Assembly: GCA_038887515.1 (NCBI GenBank)
Contig: JAWAKK010000002.1
Location: forward strand, 256,001-320,000
Source of the DNA: Candidatus Nezhaarchaeales archaeon
GTDB taxonomy: Archaea; Thermoproteota; Methanomethylicia; Nezhaarchaeales; WYZ-LMO8
Direction of reading: 5' to 3'
Length of the DNA: 64,000 nucleotides
Notes under the pieces: generated by a model
The model's database searches: none
Told to the model about the DNA's origin: nothing
What the model saw: the letters and a program-made list of their open reading frames with translations, nothing else
Position numbers and translations under genes: made by a program
Shown here: positions 20,170 through 29,719 of the stretch, piece after piece
Position numbering within the stretch: position 1 is the stretch's first letter
Layout of the letters: every line of letters begins with the position of its first letter

Positions 20170-22551
20170 ATGGCCCAAAAGTTGTTGTTTTGGCTTTTGG
20201 ACATTAACTACGACATTGAAGGAAAAACCCCAGTCATCAAGATGTGGGGTATAACCGAGGAAAATAAGCGAGTATTAATAAAGGATTACGGATTTAGACC
20301 ATACTTCTACGTGATCCCGAGAGGCGGCATTGATGTATCGAGGGCAGTTAAAGACATCAAGCTCCTCGAAGATCTATCGGAGCCAATAATATCTATTGAA
20401 GAGGTTGAAAGAAAACGTTTTGGTAGGCAAGTTAAAGCGCTTAAGGTAACGTGTTTGCTACCTCAATCCATCCCTTTGTATAGGGAGAAGATAGCTAAAC
20501 TGGATTGGGTTGAAGAAGTCCTCGAAGCCGACATAAGGTTCTACATGAGGTACATGATAGACAATAGCGTAAACCCCTGCGACTGGCATGAAATCGAGGT
20601 CGAAGAAGAGAGTGGTAGTGCTGACTTTAAGGTCGACGCCGTTTACAAAGCGCTTACGAGACCTCGACCCTACCCAAAAGATGAAATACCAGACCTTAGA
20701 GTGCTGGCTTTTGATATAGAGTGTTACAATAAAGCGGGCTCTCCAGTTCCTCAACGAGATCCAATAATAATAATCTCTCTGAACACGGACGAAGGGACCA
20801 AGGTCTTAACGGCTGAAGGCTACGATGACTCAAAGATAATAAAGGAGTTTGCTGAATTTGTTCAGGCTTACGACCCCGACATAATAGTAGGCTACAACAC
20901 TAACCGCTTCGACTGGCCATATATACAGGCTAGAGCCAAATTACATGGAGTAAGAATTAAGATAGGTCGGAACTTCACCGAGCCACACCAAAGCGTGTAT
21001 GGACATATATCTGTAGCGGGAAGAGCAAACATAGATCTCTACGACTACGCTGAAGAGCTTACGGAAGTTAAGATTAAGACGCTAGAGAACGTGGCGGAGT
21101 ATTTAGGTGTCATGCCAAAAAATGAAAGAGTTCTGATAGACCACTTAGAGATAGCCCAATACTGGGATGATATTTCGAAGCGGAAAGTTCTTATAGAGTA
21201 CGCGGAAGACGATGTTTCATCGACTTACGGCATTGCCATGGAGGTCCTGCCATTCGCCATGCAACTTTCAAGGCTCACAGGTATACCTCTAGATCAAGTG
21301 CTAGCAACATCAGTTGGATTTAGAGTCGAATGGTACTTAATGAGGGTTGCATACAATGAAGGTGAACTCGTACCAAATAGAGTTGAGAGAAAGTACGAGC
21401 CTTATAGAGGAGGTCTAGTTCTAAAGCCTAAGGAAGGTCTTCACGAAAACATAGCTGTACTAGACTTTTCGGCTATGTATCCGCACTTAATGATAAAGTA
21501 CAACATAGGCTTCGACACGTACGTACCCCCTGAAGAGCCATGTGATCCCGATGAATGCTATGTGGCTCCAGAAGTTGGTCACAGGTTTAGGAAGAACCCT
21601 CCTAGTCTTTATAGGAAGGCTATAGAGAGACTACTTGAACTTAGGAGAAATATAAGGGAATGTATGAAAAAGCTCGATGCGAGAGACCCCTGCTACGCGA
21701 TACTCGACAATAGACAAAAGGCCGTTAAGACTATGACCAATGCTATGTACGGATACTTGGGTTGGACGGGAGCTAGATTCTACTTAAAGCCTTGTGCCGA
21801 AGCAACTGCGGCCTATGGTAGACAAACGATAATGAAGACAATAAAGATGGCAAGGGATACGGGTCTTCAAGTAATATACGGGGATACTGACAGCATATTC
21901 GTAAAGTACGAGGAAGATAAGATCAAGGCTTTCATAGAAAAGGTCGAGAAGGAGCTGGGCCTAGAGATAAAGTTAGAGAAAGTGTACAAGGTATGCTTCT
22001 TTACGGAGGCTGCTAAGAAGTACGCTGGCTTAACGATCGATGGCAGGGTAGATCTTGTAGGCTTTGAAGCCGTTAGGGGTGACTGGTGCGAGCTAGCACA
22101 AGAAGTTCAGTCTAAGGTTTTAGAGATAATACTTACTAAGAAGGATGTTCAAGCAGCGGTAAACTACATTAAAGACATTATAAACAAAGTTCGAGCTGGG
22201 AAGGTTGACATAAAGAGCCTAGTAATATGGAAGACACTATCGAAGTCAATGGACGAGTACGAGGTTGAAGCAGCCCACGTCCAAGCTGCTAAGCAACTGT
22301 TGGCTGCGGGCTTTAAGCTTGAAATAGGAGACAAGGTTGGGTTCGTAGTAGTTCAAGGTTCTTCCGAAAAGGTATCAGAGAGGGTCAAGCCCTACGTGTT
22401 CGCTACAATGGACGAGATAGATAAGGAGTACTACGTAAGGAAGCAGATATTGGCGCTCGCTATGAGGATACTAAAGTACTTTGGAGTAAGTGAAGAGCAG
22501 ATACTTTCAGGAAGTAAGCAAGCTTCACTATTCGACTTTCTTAGGAAATAG
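20170..22551 (+). CDS. polB3: Family B DNA polymerase (PolB3 type)
   Basis: Exo FDIE/YNTNRFD, DFSAMYP, KxxxNAMYG, YGDTDS, C-terminal PIP box QASLFDF; no intein. Confidence 0.96.
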   Translation: MAQKLLFWLLDINYDIEGKTPVIKMWGITEENKRVLIKDYGFRPYFYVIPRGGIDVSRAVKDIKLLEDLSEPIISIEEVERKRFGRQVKALKVTCLLPQSIPLYREKIAKLDWVEEVLEADIRFYMRYMIDNSVNPCDWHEIEVEEESGSADFKVDAVYKALTRPRPYPKDEIPDLRVLAFDIECYNKAGSPVPQRDPIIIISLNTDEGTKVLTAEGYDDSKIIKEFAEFVQAYDPDIIVGYNTNRFDWPYIQARAKLHGVRIKIGRNFTEPHQSVYGHISVAGRANIDLYDYAEELTEVKIKTLENVAEYLGVMPKNERVLIDHLEIAQYWDDISKRKVLIEYAEDDVSSTYGIAMEVLPFAMQLSRLTGIPLDQVLATSVGFRVEWYLMRVAYNEGELVPNRVERKYEPYRGGLVLKPKEGLHENIAVLDFSAMYPHLMIKYNIGFDTYVPPEEPCDPDECYVAPEVGHRFRKNPPSLYRKAIERLLELRRNIRECMKKLDARDPCYAILDNRQKAVKTMTNAMYGYLGWTGARFYLKPCAEATAAYGRQTIMKTIKMARDTGLQVIYGDTDSIFVKYEEDKIKAFIEKVEKELGLEIKLEKVYKVCFFTEAAKKYAGLTIDGRVDLVGFEAVRGDWCELAQEVQSKVLEIILTKKDVQAAVNYIKDIINKVRAGKVDIKSLVIWKTLSKSMDEYEVEAAHVQAAKQLLAAGFKLEIGDKVGFVVVQGSSEKVSERVKPYVFATMDEIDKEYYVRKQILALAMRILKYFGVSEEQILSGSKQASLFDFLRK

Positions 22552-23814
22552 AAACTTCTCGAGTGTTGTCTTTGCCTTATCCTTCTCTGAACCCTTAACA
22601 TCTTTCTCTAACAACTTATCCATTATTTCTACAAACTCTCTTTCCCTTCCTTTGGGTATTATGCCGCTCGCCGCGCCTAAATGGCCATCTCCAAAGCCAC
22701 CTACCTGCTTAGCAGCTTCAGCCAAAGCCTTTGATAGAGGCCGTAAGGAACCAGTCTCTATTAACGTTAAAATCTTCTTAGGCGCTCTAGCGGAGACCTT
22801 AACATAGTTTCCTTCTAAGTCTCCTAACTCCGGCACATAACTCTTCATATTCATAATACCTACCAGAACCTTGTTGTCGTCGACGATCCTCTGGTGCATT
22901 AAATAGCTGCAGAAGGTACCTATGACCTTGACGCCCATGTCGCGGAACTCATCTTCAACGTGGAACCACTGAGTCCACTTCAGTTTATTGAGGCCGACGT
23001 ATCGAAGCCTTGCCAATACATTTAAATAAGCTCTCTTCCTCCTCTCCTCGAGTTCGTCAAGTAAGTCTTCCAATCCACTCCATGAGCACTTGACGCAGGC
23101 ACTTAAAGCCTTTTGGGGGCCACCTTCATAGTAACCTACCGAGGCCATTATTGTAAGCTTAGTTGATAAAGTCTCAGGATTTGTGAACTTACCGTCCCAG
23201 AGCACCTTAGCCTTCTTATTCTTCTCATCATAGATAGCTACACCGGCTCTTACAGCATCGTTAAGAGCTAGGAGGTTAAACCCTCTAATTTCCCCCGGTA
23301 TCTCTACCGAACCTATTACAGCTAAGTTTGCGTGCTTTTCGACGTTCTCCTTTATGGAGCGGGTGAAGAAGTATGCGAGACTCGCGCCGCAAGCGTACGT
23401 TCCGCCATCTACTCCATGAACTTCAGGATTCAGGATCGTGACCTCTTCACTTACTTTACCCGTGAATTCAAGATCGTGGTGGTCTATAACTATTATTCTC
23501 CTCCTCTGAGGATTGAGCGAAGTTATCATGGAAACGTGGGGGCTTCCCAAATCAACGTAAATTATTGGCTCCTTGCCTTGTGCTTGTAACTTCTTTACTG
23601 CTTGCGGATATGTCTTTTCGAGACACACTGCTTGCACGGTAAACCTGTCTTCAAGTGCTACCTTCAGAAGGGCTGCCGCTGCTATTCCATCAGCGTCATC
23701 GTGGTGAACTATTAATATCTTTTTTGAACTTTCTTCAAGCAACCTCTTGGCGCTCTCATAGATCTCTCTAAGTACTTCGTCTAGTCCCCTCTTGATATCA
23801 TAACTCTCTCGCAT
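22528..23814 (-). CDS. DHH phosphoesterase, RecJ/Cdc45-like
   Basis: HHDDADG, VDLG, IDHH, DHHA1 KVSAR...GDGH; C-terminal PIP-like KTTLEKFL. Confidence 0.9.
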   Translation of the reverse strand: MRESYDIKRGLDEVLREIYESAKRLLEESSKKILIVHHDDADGIAAAALLKVALEDRFTVQAVCLEKTYPQAVKKLQAQGKEPIIYVDLGSPHVSMITSLNPQRRRIIVIDHHDLEFTGKVSEEVTILNPEVHGVDGGTYACGASLAYFFTRSIKENVEKHANLAVIGSVEIPGEIRGFNLLALNDAVRAGVAIYDEKNKKAKVLWDGKFTNPETLSTKLTIMASVGYYEGGPQKALSACVKCSWSGLEDLLDELEERRKRAYLNVLARLRYVGLNKLKWTQWFHVEDEFRDMGVKVIGTFCSYLMHQRIVDDNKVLVGIMNMKSYVPELGDLEGNYVKVSARAPKKILTLIETGSLRPLSKALAEAAKQVGGFGDGHLGAASGIIPKGREREFVEIMDKLLEKDVKGSEKDKAKTTLEKFLFPKKVE

Positions 23815-23815
23815 T

Positions 23816-25000
23816 TCAAAGACCCAAGTCGTTAAACGTAAGTATCTCTAACGAAGCCGGCTTCTGCGCGACGTTCCCTATCCTTCCGCCTATAAGGACT
23901 TTGACGCCTTTAGTTTCGGCTATCTCTACGAGTCTTTGCGTTACCACACCATCGAAAACTATGTAGCTCACTTTTTCTTGGGACGATTGCAAGTAGCTCG
24001 CCAAGTCCTTTACCGGTACCCTCGCTAGAAGCCTCCAATTCTCATCATAAACTAGGCTCTCTAGGCTGCCTATGAGGTCCTTTACTTCTTTTAATACTTC
24101 AGTAGGCACCTTCTCTCTGATACGCGCTTCTGTTTGAACGTAGGGGGGCGTATGTGCAGGTTGCGGTCCTTTCTCTAGTATAGCTAGATACTCGTTTAAG
24201 GGAATTTTGTCTCTCAAACATTTTGCAATCTCCTTTCCGGTCAATTCTTCAACTTCTTTTCCTGGTGGCGCTCTTGCCACGTAATCTATGTCGGCTACTT
24301 GAACTAGTTGCCTCAATACCAACTCTCCTCCTCTATCTCCGTCTACGAATGCTACCGCTGTTTTTTCTTTACATAGGTTAATTATGGTCTTTGGCACCGA
24401 TGCTCCTTCGATGGCAATTACGTTTCGATAGTCATGTCTTAATAAGTTAACTACGTCGGCTCTACCCTCAACTATTATTATTGTGTCGCTCTTGTCAACG
24501 TCGGGTCCTGCGGGTAACTTTTCAGGCCCATAAGCTATAAGCTGAGCTTCTCTGACAGCCTTTAGGATTTCTTCGGTTATTTCACGAGTATCCGGCATTG
24601 CTTCTCTCCACTTCATTAAAAGCTCTTTTGCCCTCTCAACAACCTTCTTGCGTTTCTCTTCTCTCACATCTTCTATCTTGGTTACAACTATCTTCGCATC
24701 GTAGGGTCCAACCTTGTCCACGGTTTCTATAGCTGCCGCTATTAGAGCGGTCTCTACTTTATCTAAATTCGATGGTATTTCTATGTGCCCTATGCACTTG
24801 TTGTTTTTTTCCTCGAGGATTACTTGGACCCTACCTATCCTACCGGCTTTTTGTAGCTCTCTTAGATCGAGCTTGTCGCCAAGCAAGCCCTCAGTCTGCC
24901 CAAATAGTGCCCCTATGACATCTGACTTATCTACTATACCGCCTATTTCTATCGTAGCGTAAATTATGTACTTAGCTGTGACGGCGACTCCTCCCATCAT
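23816..25000 (-). CDS. dnaG: Archaeal DnaG (TOPRIM; exosome-associated)
   Basis: DVIGALFGQTEGLLG, VEGRADV, DGDRGG, APPGKEVE. Confidence 0.97.
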   Translation of the reverse strand: MMGGVAVTAKYIIYATIEIGGIVDKSDVIGALFGQTEGLLGDKLDLRELQKAGRIGRVQVILEEKNNKCIGHIEIPSNLDKVETALIAAAIETVDKVGPYDAKIVVTKIEDVREEKRKKVVERAKELLMKWREAMPDTREITEEILKAVREAQLIAYGPEKLPAGPDVDKSDTIIIVEGRADVVNLLRHDYRNVIAIEGASVPKTIINLCKEKTAVAFVDGDRGGELVLRQLVQVADIDYVARAPPGKEVEELTGKEIAKCLRDKIPLNEYLAILEKGPQPAHTPPYVQTEARIREKVPTEVLKEVKDLIGSLESLVYDENWRLLARVPVKDLASYLQSSQEKVSYIVFDGVVTQRLVEIAETKGVKVLIGGRIGNVAQKPASLEILTFNDLGL

Positions 25001-25074
25001 TTATCACCATATAGTTAATTCATAGTGTAAGTTTGAATAAGCGTGTAAACATTCTTATCAAAGAAGAAGCTCCT

Positions 25075-26154
25075 TTATCTAGTTATCGTAGCTTTACTCA
25101 TGACTTCAAGTAATTCTTTGGCCTCTTTATTCGAAGAGAAGTACTTCCTAACAGGCTCAAGAACCTTCGACAACGCATCGGCTACCGCTCGTTTAAGATC
25201 CTTCGGATGTAACTCTCCTCTACTATACATTTGAAGTAGCTCACTAAAACTTTCGATCGTAACTTCTCCTCCATACTCTTTACCGCGTTCTACGTAAAGC
25301 TTGAAGCCTTGCTGAGCAAAAAGTATATGCTTGCATATCTCGATAATGGGGTTCATATTAACGATCTTCATGGGACAATAGGCATACTCTATCTTTCTCG
25401 CTATTTCTTCAGGGGGGTCGTGAACGAAGATGCAGCCTTCGGGCTTTGATTTACTCATCTTCAAATCTACTTCGTCGATTTGTTGAACGTCCATAGGCGG
25501 TCTCAAGCTTATTAGCAGAGGGGTATGTATGGCTACGGGCTTTTTTAAGTTCTTCTTTTCAGCGATCTCCCTCGCTAGCATGTGAGCTTTACGCTGATCG
25601 GTACCCCCTAAACACACGTCGAGGTCCATATAGAATATGTCCGCTATCTGCATACATGGATATATGAGCTTTGAAAAATCTAAGACACTCTCGCTCTCCT
25701 TTCTACCCATTATAGTTATGGCCCTCCGAACCCTTGCTAAAGACATACTCTTGGCTGCCGTGATGACTATTTTCCAATAATCAGGATCACTTACCAAATC
25801 CTCAGCCTTAACGTACTCCACATCGCCTTTATCAACCCCTAAAGCTTTCAATACGTGTTCAATGTAAAGGGCGCACTTATGTATAGTTTCTAGCTCACCA
25901 CCGAGCTTATCGTTAATCCAAGCATGCCACGTCGCTTCCAGTACCTTCATTTTAACTCCCACATCTAACAGGTCCCTAACTTTTCTAGCCCAAATTAGCC
26001 AACCTATGTGAAATAGGCCCGATGGTTCGACCCCTATGTAACCCTTTACGTCGCTACTCTTTAAGAGCTCGACCAGCTCAGAGAGCATTACGACCTCGGA
26101 GGTATTCCTAGTAGCCACCTTGACCTTCTCTTCAAGATCCATAGTCTCATCCAC
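25075..26154 (-). CDS. tyrS: Tyrosine-tRNA ligase
   Basis: YIGVEPSG..HIGW, IYPCMQIAD, GGTDQRK, KMSKS. Confidence 0.97.
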   Translation of the reverse strand: MDETMDLEEKVKVATRNTSEVVMLSELVELLKSSDVKGYIGVEPSGLFHIGWLIWARKVRDLLDVGVKMKVLEATWHAWINDKLGGELETIHKCALYIEHVLKALGVDKGDVEYVKAEDLVSDPDYWKIVITAAKSMSLARVRRAITIMGRKESESVLDFSKLIYPCMQIADIFYMDLDVCLGGTDQRKAHMLAREIAEKKNLKKPVAIHTPLLISLRPPMDVQQIDEVDLKMSKSKPEGCIFVHDPPEEIARKIEYAYCPMKIVNMNPIIEICKHILFAQQGFKLYVERGKEYGGEVTIESFSELLQMYSRGELHPKDLKRAVADALSKVLEPVRKYFSSNKEAKELLEVMSKATITR

Positions 26155-26157
26155 CCA

Positions 26158-26276
26158 ATTTCAGGCCGCGCCGGCTATTGCCGTGCATCGACCCACCCAG
26201 TATCATAGTATCGGGCCTGATGCCCCCTCCACGGGGACTCTCCATGCACGGCTTTTAGACCGGCGCGGCCTGAAAT
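26158..26276 (-). ncRNA. Structured K-loop RNA 1 (H/ACA-like hairpin within a 17-bp outer stem)
   Basis: Perfect 17-bp inverted repeat (26158-26174/26260-26276), 9-bp inner stem, apical CCGA-N4-ATGAT, ATA after the inner stem. G-U pairs work only on the minus strand; TATA at 26300-26294. Confidence 0.65.
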
Positions 26277-26310
26277 ATGATGTCGTCAATACCTATAAAA
26301 GTTAGTTTTA

Positions 26311-26420
26311 GAGCCGCTGGGTTTGTACCGCAGGTGGGTAAGGTGGGCGATCATTCATCGGGCCCCCCTCATTGTCTCTCCACCCCGTCGCTGCGGCTTG
26401 GGGTTTTAACCCAGCGGCTC
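26311..26420 (-). ncRNA. Structured K-loop RNA 2 (H/ACA-like hairpin within a 13-bp outer stem)
   Basis: Perfect 13-bp inverted repeat (26311-26323/26408-26420), 7-bp inner stem followed directly by ACA, apical CCGA-N3-ATGAT; TATA-like TATTAATA at 26452-26445. Confidence 0.65.
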
Positions 26421-26436
26421 GTTTTCTTACTGTTCT

Positions 26437-28122
26437 TTAAGAGATATTAATACTTGTACTCCATGCCCTATGTACTTTTGAAAGGCTTATCTCGAACGCA
26501 GCTGCGGGGGCCTGTAATCCAAACTTTAAGAGCACATCTGGCTTTATTTCGCCGATGAATCCAACGACTTCACCGTTCACGATTATCGAGCCACAACGTC
26601 CTTCTATCATTTGCTCTCTTCTATCGCTCTTAACCTCAAATTCCAAATTTAGTATCCTTAGCAGCGAATAAAGTACTGCCTGAACATCCTCATATCCAAC
26701 CTTATAATTTATGTGTACTGCAGCTAACCTTCTGTCGTAAAAGCATTTTACGTCGAAGCTTTCGTCTATTAATACTACGTCTCCAACTTCAAATATCTTT
26801 TGAGGATACTCTATGTGGGTATTCTCGGATAGGAAGTCGAGAAGAGATGGTATGAGGCTTGTTCTCAAAGAGGTGTAATCAGAAGATACTGGTTTGACTA
26901 CCCGAACCCTCTTATCGTATGAGCATGAATCGTCGAGTTTTCTATCACTTATGAACATGTAGGTCATCACTTCTTGGAATCCATAACCTATCATCAACTC
27001 ACGACAGAGTCTAGCGAAGGTTACAAGCTCCAGCTCACAGCCTTTCGTGGTTACTGGAGGTACTTCCGGGATTATCCTATTGTATCCGTAACCTATAGCA
27101 AAGTCTTCGGCCACGTCTACGTCTCCCATTACGTCAATCCTGTAGAATGGTATTAAGACGTCTAATACGCTTCCTTTTACGACCGCGTCCATTCGAGCGC
27201 GCCTTAGGCATCTAACAACTTCGTCGATCGGTTCATTAATCCCAGTTATTTCAACAATCCTGCTATAATTCACGGTTACCATCTTACATTCAGTCACAGG
27301 CTCTACCCTCTTGACAGAGGGCCCCTCTTGTATTACGAACTTGAATATTTTCCCCCCTCTTTCAGCTAAGTTAGCGGTTAAAATGGCTAGAGCGCTTCTT
27401 ACAGCCCTTAGATCTGTCCCGGTAACGTCTATAAGCAAGTTCCTGGTACTCGACGTCACCTTTGTCAAGTCCGAATTTATTATTGGAGGCATGGAAAGCA
27501 CGTTGCCGTTAGAATCTATGAGTAGCGGTGCTAACCCCCGATCTTTAATTAACCGTCCATACTCAATCCCCTTTGGATGTATTTCGATGATCTCTCTTCC
27601 ATTCATCTCTTTGTCTCCTTCCAGTGGAACGAATGAAAAGGAATCGAAGGGCTTCGCTGTATACACTATCGGAGTCCTCACTACGTCGAGGTTATGCAAA
27701 CCTATGGCGAACTTCCTACGGTTTCTGCCATGAGTTTTATGCAGCGTCTCCTGTAACTGTATCAGTTGTCTTAAACCTTCTTCTCCAAGGCTGCAATCTA
27801 CAACGGCTGCGCAAGCGACAAACGGCCTAACCTTTTCAACGATGCCATCAACTTCAACGACAAAACCGTCAGTGAGCTCCGTTATAGGGTATTTGGGGAT
27901 TCCCAGCTCTACTTCAAAGAGCCCTTTTAAGCATCTCGCAATACCCTCTGAAGAGAACATGTCTGGCCTATCGCTCGTGACTTCAAGCACCACATCGTCT
28001 GAACCGACAGCTTTAACCTCAACTTTTGTTGCCTCTAAAGCCTCTACCAGCTCGTCATCGCTTATTTCGTGTATGCCAACGAGCTTGAGAAGATCTCTCT
28101 TGCTGATGATTATAGTAGGCAA
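26437..28122 (-). CDS. pheT: Phenylalanine-tRNA ligase beta subunit
   Basis: DRPDMFSSEGIAR, LSMPPIINS, RIDV...DVAED. Confidence 0.97.
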   Translation of the reverse strand: MPTIIISKRDLLKLVGIHEISDDELVEALEATKVEVKAVGSDDVVLEVTSDRPDMFSSEGIARCLKGLFEVELGIPKYPITELTDGFVVEVDGIVEKVRPFVACAAVVDCSLGEEGLRQLIQLQETLHKTHGRNRRKFAIGLHNLDVVRTPIVYTAKPFDSFSFVPLEGDKEMNGREIIEIHPKGIEYGRLIKDRGLAPLLIDSNGNVLSMPPIINSDLTKVTSSTRNLLIDVTGTDLRAVRSALAILTANLAERGGKIFKFVIQEGPSVKRVEPVTECKMVTVNYSRIVEITGINEPIDEVVRCLRRARMDAVVKGSVLDVLIPFYRIDVMGDVDVAEDFAIGYGYNRIIPEVPPVTTKGCELELVTFARLCRELMIGYGFQEVMTYMFISDRKLDDSCSYDKRVRVVKPVSSDYTSLRTSLIPSLLDFLSENTHIEYPQKIFEVGDVVLIDESFDVKCFYDRRLAAVHINYKVGYEDVQAVLYSLLRILNLEFEVKSDRREQMIEGRCGSIIVNGEVVGFIGEIKPDVLLKFGLQAPAAAFEISLSKVHRAWSTSINIS

Positions 28123-29621
28123 TGCGGCACCACCGCCTTAGCCCTTATAAAGTTAAGATTACGAGAACACAGCTCTCGTATATCTGATATATGGAGTAGA
28201 GCCATTGCAAGCCTATCTATGCCTATGCCCCAAGCGGCAACCGGATAATCTATTCCTAAGGCTTCTAGGACCTCTGGTCTAAACATGCCGGCGCCGAGAC
28301 ACTCAATCCAGCCGAGTTGTGGATGATAAACTGAGCCCTCGACACTAGGCTCTGTGAACGGAAAGTAGCTTGGCCTAAACCTAACTTCTTTAAACCCAAG
28401 TCTTTTAGCAAAGTCCTGTAACACTCCTAGGAGCACTTTTAGGTTCACCCCTTTATCGCCGTAAATTCCATCCACTTGAGTAAACTCAATAAAGTGTGTG
28501 GCGTCAATTACGTCGGGCCTGAAGACCTTTGATATAGAGAACATCTTCACTGGAGGTCTCGGCCTTTCGGCTAAGAACCTAGCTGAAACTGCGGTTGTAT
28601 GGCTTCTAAGTACGAGTCTTGATGCTTGCTCTTCGCTCCAAGGGTACTCCCACTTTTCTTCGTGGACTTTCTTAACCTTTTCAACCAGCTCCCTGTCAGG
28701 AAGACGACCCTTTGAAGGTTCAAGAAGCACGAAACAGTCGTGTATTTCTCTAGCAGGGTGATCTTGAGCCTGGAAGAGCACGTCGAAGTTCCAAAATTCC
28801 AATTCAACATATGGGCCCTCAGCCTCTACAAAACCCATCTCTACCAGTATCCTTCGAACTTTGTCTAGGAATTCGGCGTAGAAGTGTTTTCGAGCGGGAT
28901 AAACCTTGGGGGGTTCGGCTGAGACGTCGTAAGGCTTAAGATAGACTTCCTTCCACTCTCCGCTTTTTATCATATCTGCTGTCAGCGCACCTACAACCTT
29001 TACGCTTAAAGCTCTCTTTAAAGCCTCTAAACCTCTACTGGTTAGTAGAACCATTCTCCTCTTACTGGGAACTACTACGACAAGCTTACGAACCTTCAAT
29101 TCTGATAGAACTTCTTCAGGCAATTCCCTTATCTTAACTTCTTCCCCGCTTGCTAATCTCTTTAGAACATCCTCTACAGGATCTTTTTCGATCGATCGAT
29201 TGAATTTTACAAATTTCTTTCCCTCAACAACAATTATTTCTCCAAGGCCCTTCCTACGCACCCAGCCTAACGCTATCTTCATCTCTTCATCTTTCATACC
29301 GACTTCTTTCTTTAACGCCTGAAGCTCAACTTGACCTCCGGCCTTTTCGACTACCTCTATAATTCTCCTTTCAGGGAGACCTTTCCTAGCGTACTCTCTT
29401 CCTTCATCCGTAAGAACTAAGTGGTCGCCTTCTTCAGACACAACGCTTACAAACCCCTTCTCACTTAACGCTTCTAGATACGACATTACTGAGCTCAGGG
29501 TTGTTCCAGCCTTTTCGACAAGCTCGCTTACCTCTAGAGCTCTCTGAGCTTCGCTTAAGCACCTCAAGATCCTAGTCTCGCCCTCTGATAGTTCTAGTCG
29601 ACTCATTTTGTTCAGCACCAC
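28110..29621 (-). CDS. pheS: Phenylalanine-tRNA ligase alpha subunit
   Basis: FWNFDVLFQAQDHPARE, LRSHTT, YFPFTEPS, AWGIGIDR. Confidence 0.97.
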   Translation of the reverse strand: MVLNKMSRLELSEGETRILRCLSEAQRALEVSELVEKAGTTLSSVMSYLEALSEKGFVSVVSEEGDHLVLTDEGREYARKGLPERRIIEVVEKAGGQVELQALKKEVGMKDEEMKIALGWVRRKGLGEIIVVEGKKFVKFNRSIEKDPVEDVLKRLASGEEVKIRELPEEVLSELKVRKLVVVVPSKRRMVLLTSRGLEALKRALSVKVVGALTADMIKSGEWKEVYLKPYDVSAEPPKVYPARKHFYAEFLDKVRRILVEMGFVEAEGPYVELEFWNFDVLFQAQDHPAREIHDCFVLLEPSKGRLPDRELVEKVKKVHEEKWEYPWSEEQASRLVLRSHTTAVSARFLAERPRPPVKMFSISKVFRPDVIDATHFIEFTQVDGIYGDKGVNLKVLLGVLQDFAKRLGFKEVRFRPSYFPFTEPSVEGSVYHPQLGWIECLGAGMFRPEVLEALGIDYPVAAWGIGIDRLAMALLHISDIRELCSRNLNFIRAKAVVPHCLL

Positions 29622-29719
29622 TTAGTTTTTGGAAGACACTTCTATAAGGAAGCTTTTAATTTTCACTTTAGAAGTTAATGACTACGACGTATGGGCGATA
29701 AGCTTGGGGGTGTATCTAT

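Noticed and set aside
26120-26305. 61-aa ORF over hairpin 1
   Set aside because: Low stop frequency in GC-rich structured RNA; antisense overlap with tyrS.
26158-26420. Hairpins as SRP RNA, RNase P RNA, T-box, TPP riboswitch or terminators
   Set aside because: No SRP helix-8 motif, no complete RNase P conserved regions (GGAGAGUCCCC is only superficially similar), no T-box or TPP consensus. They are too long and internally structured for terminators.
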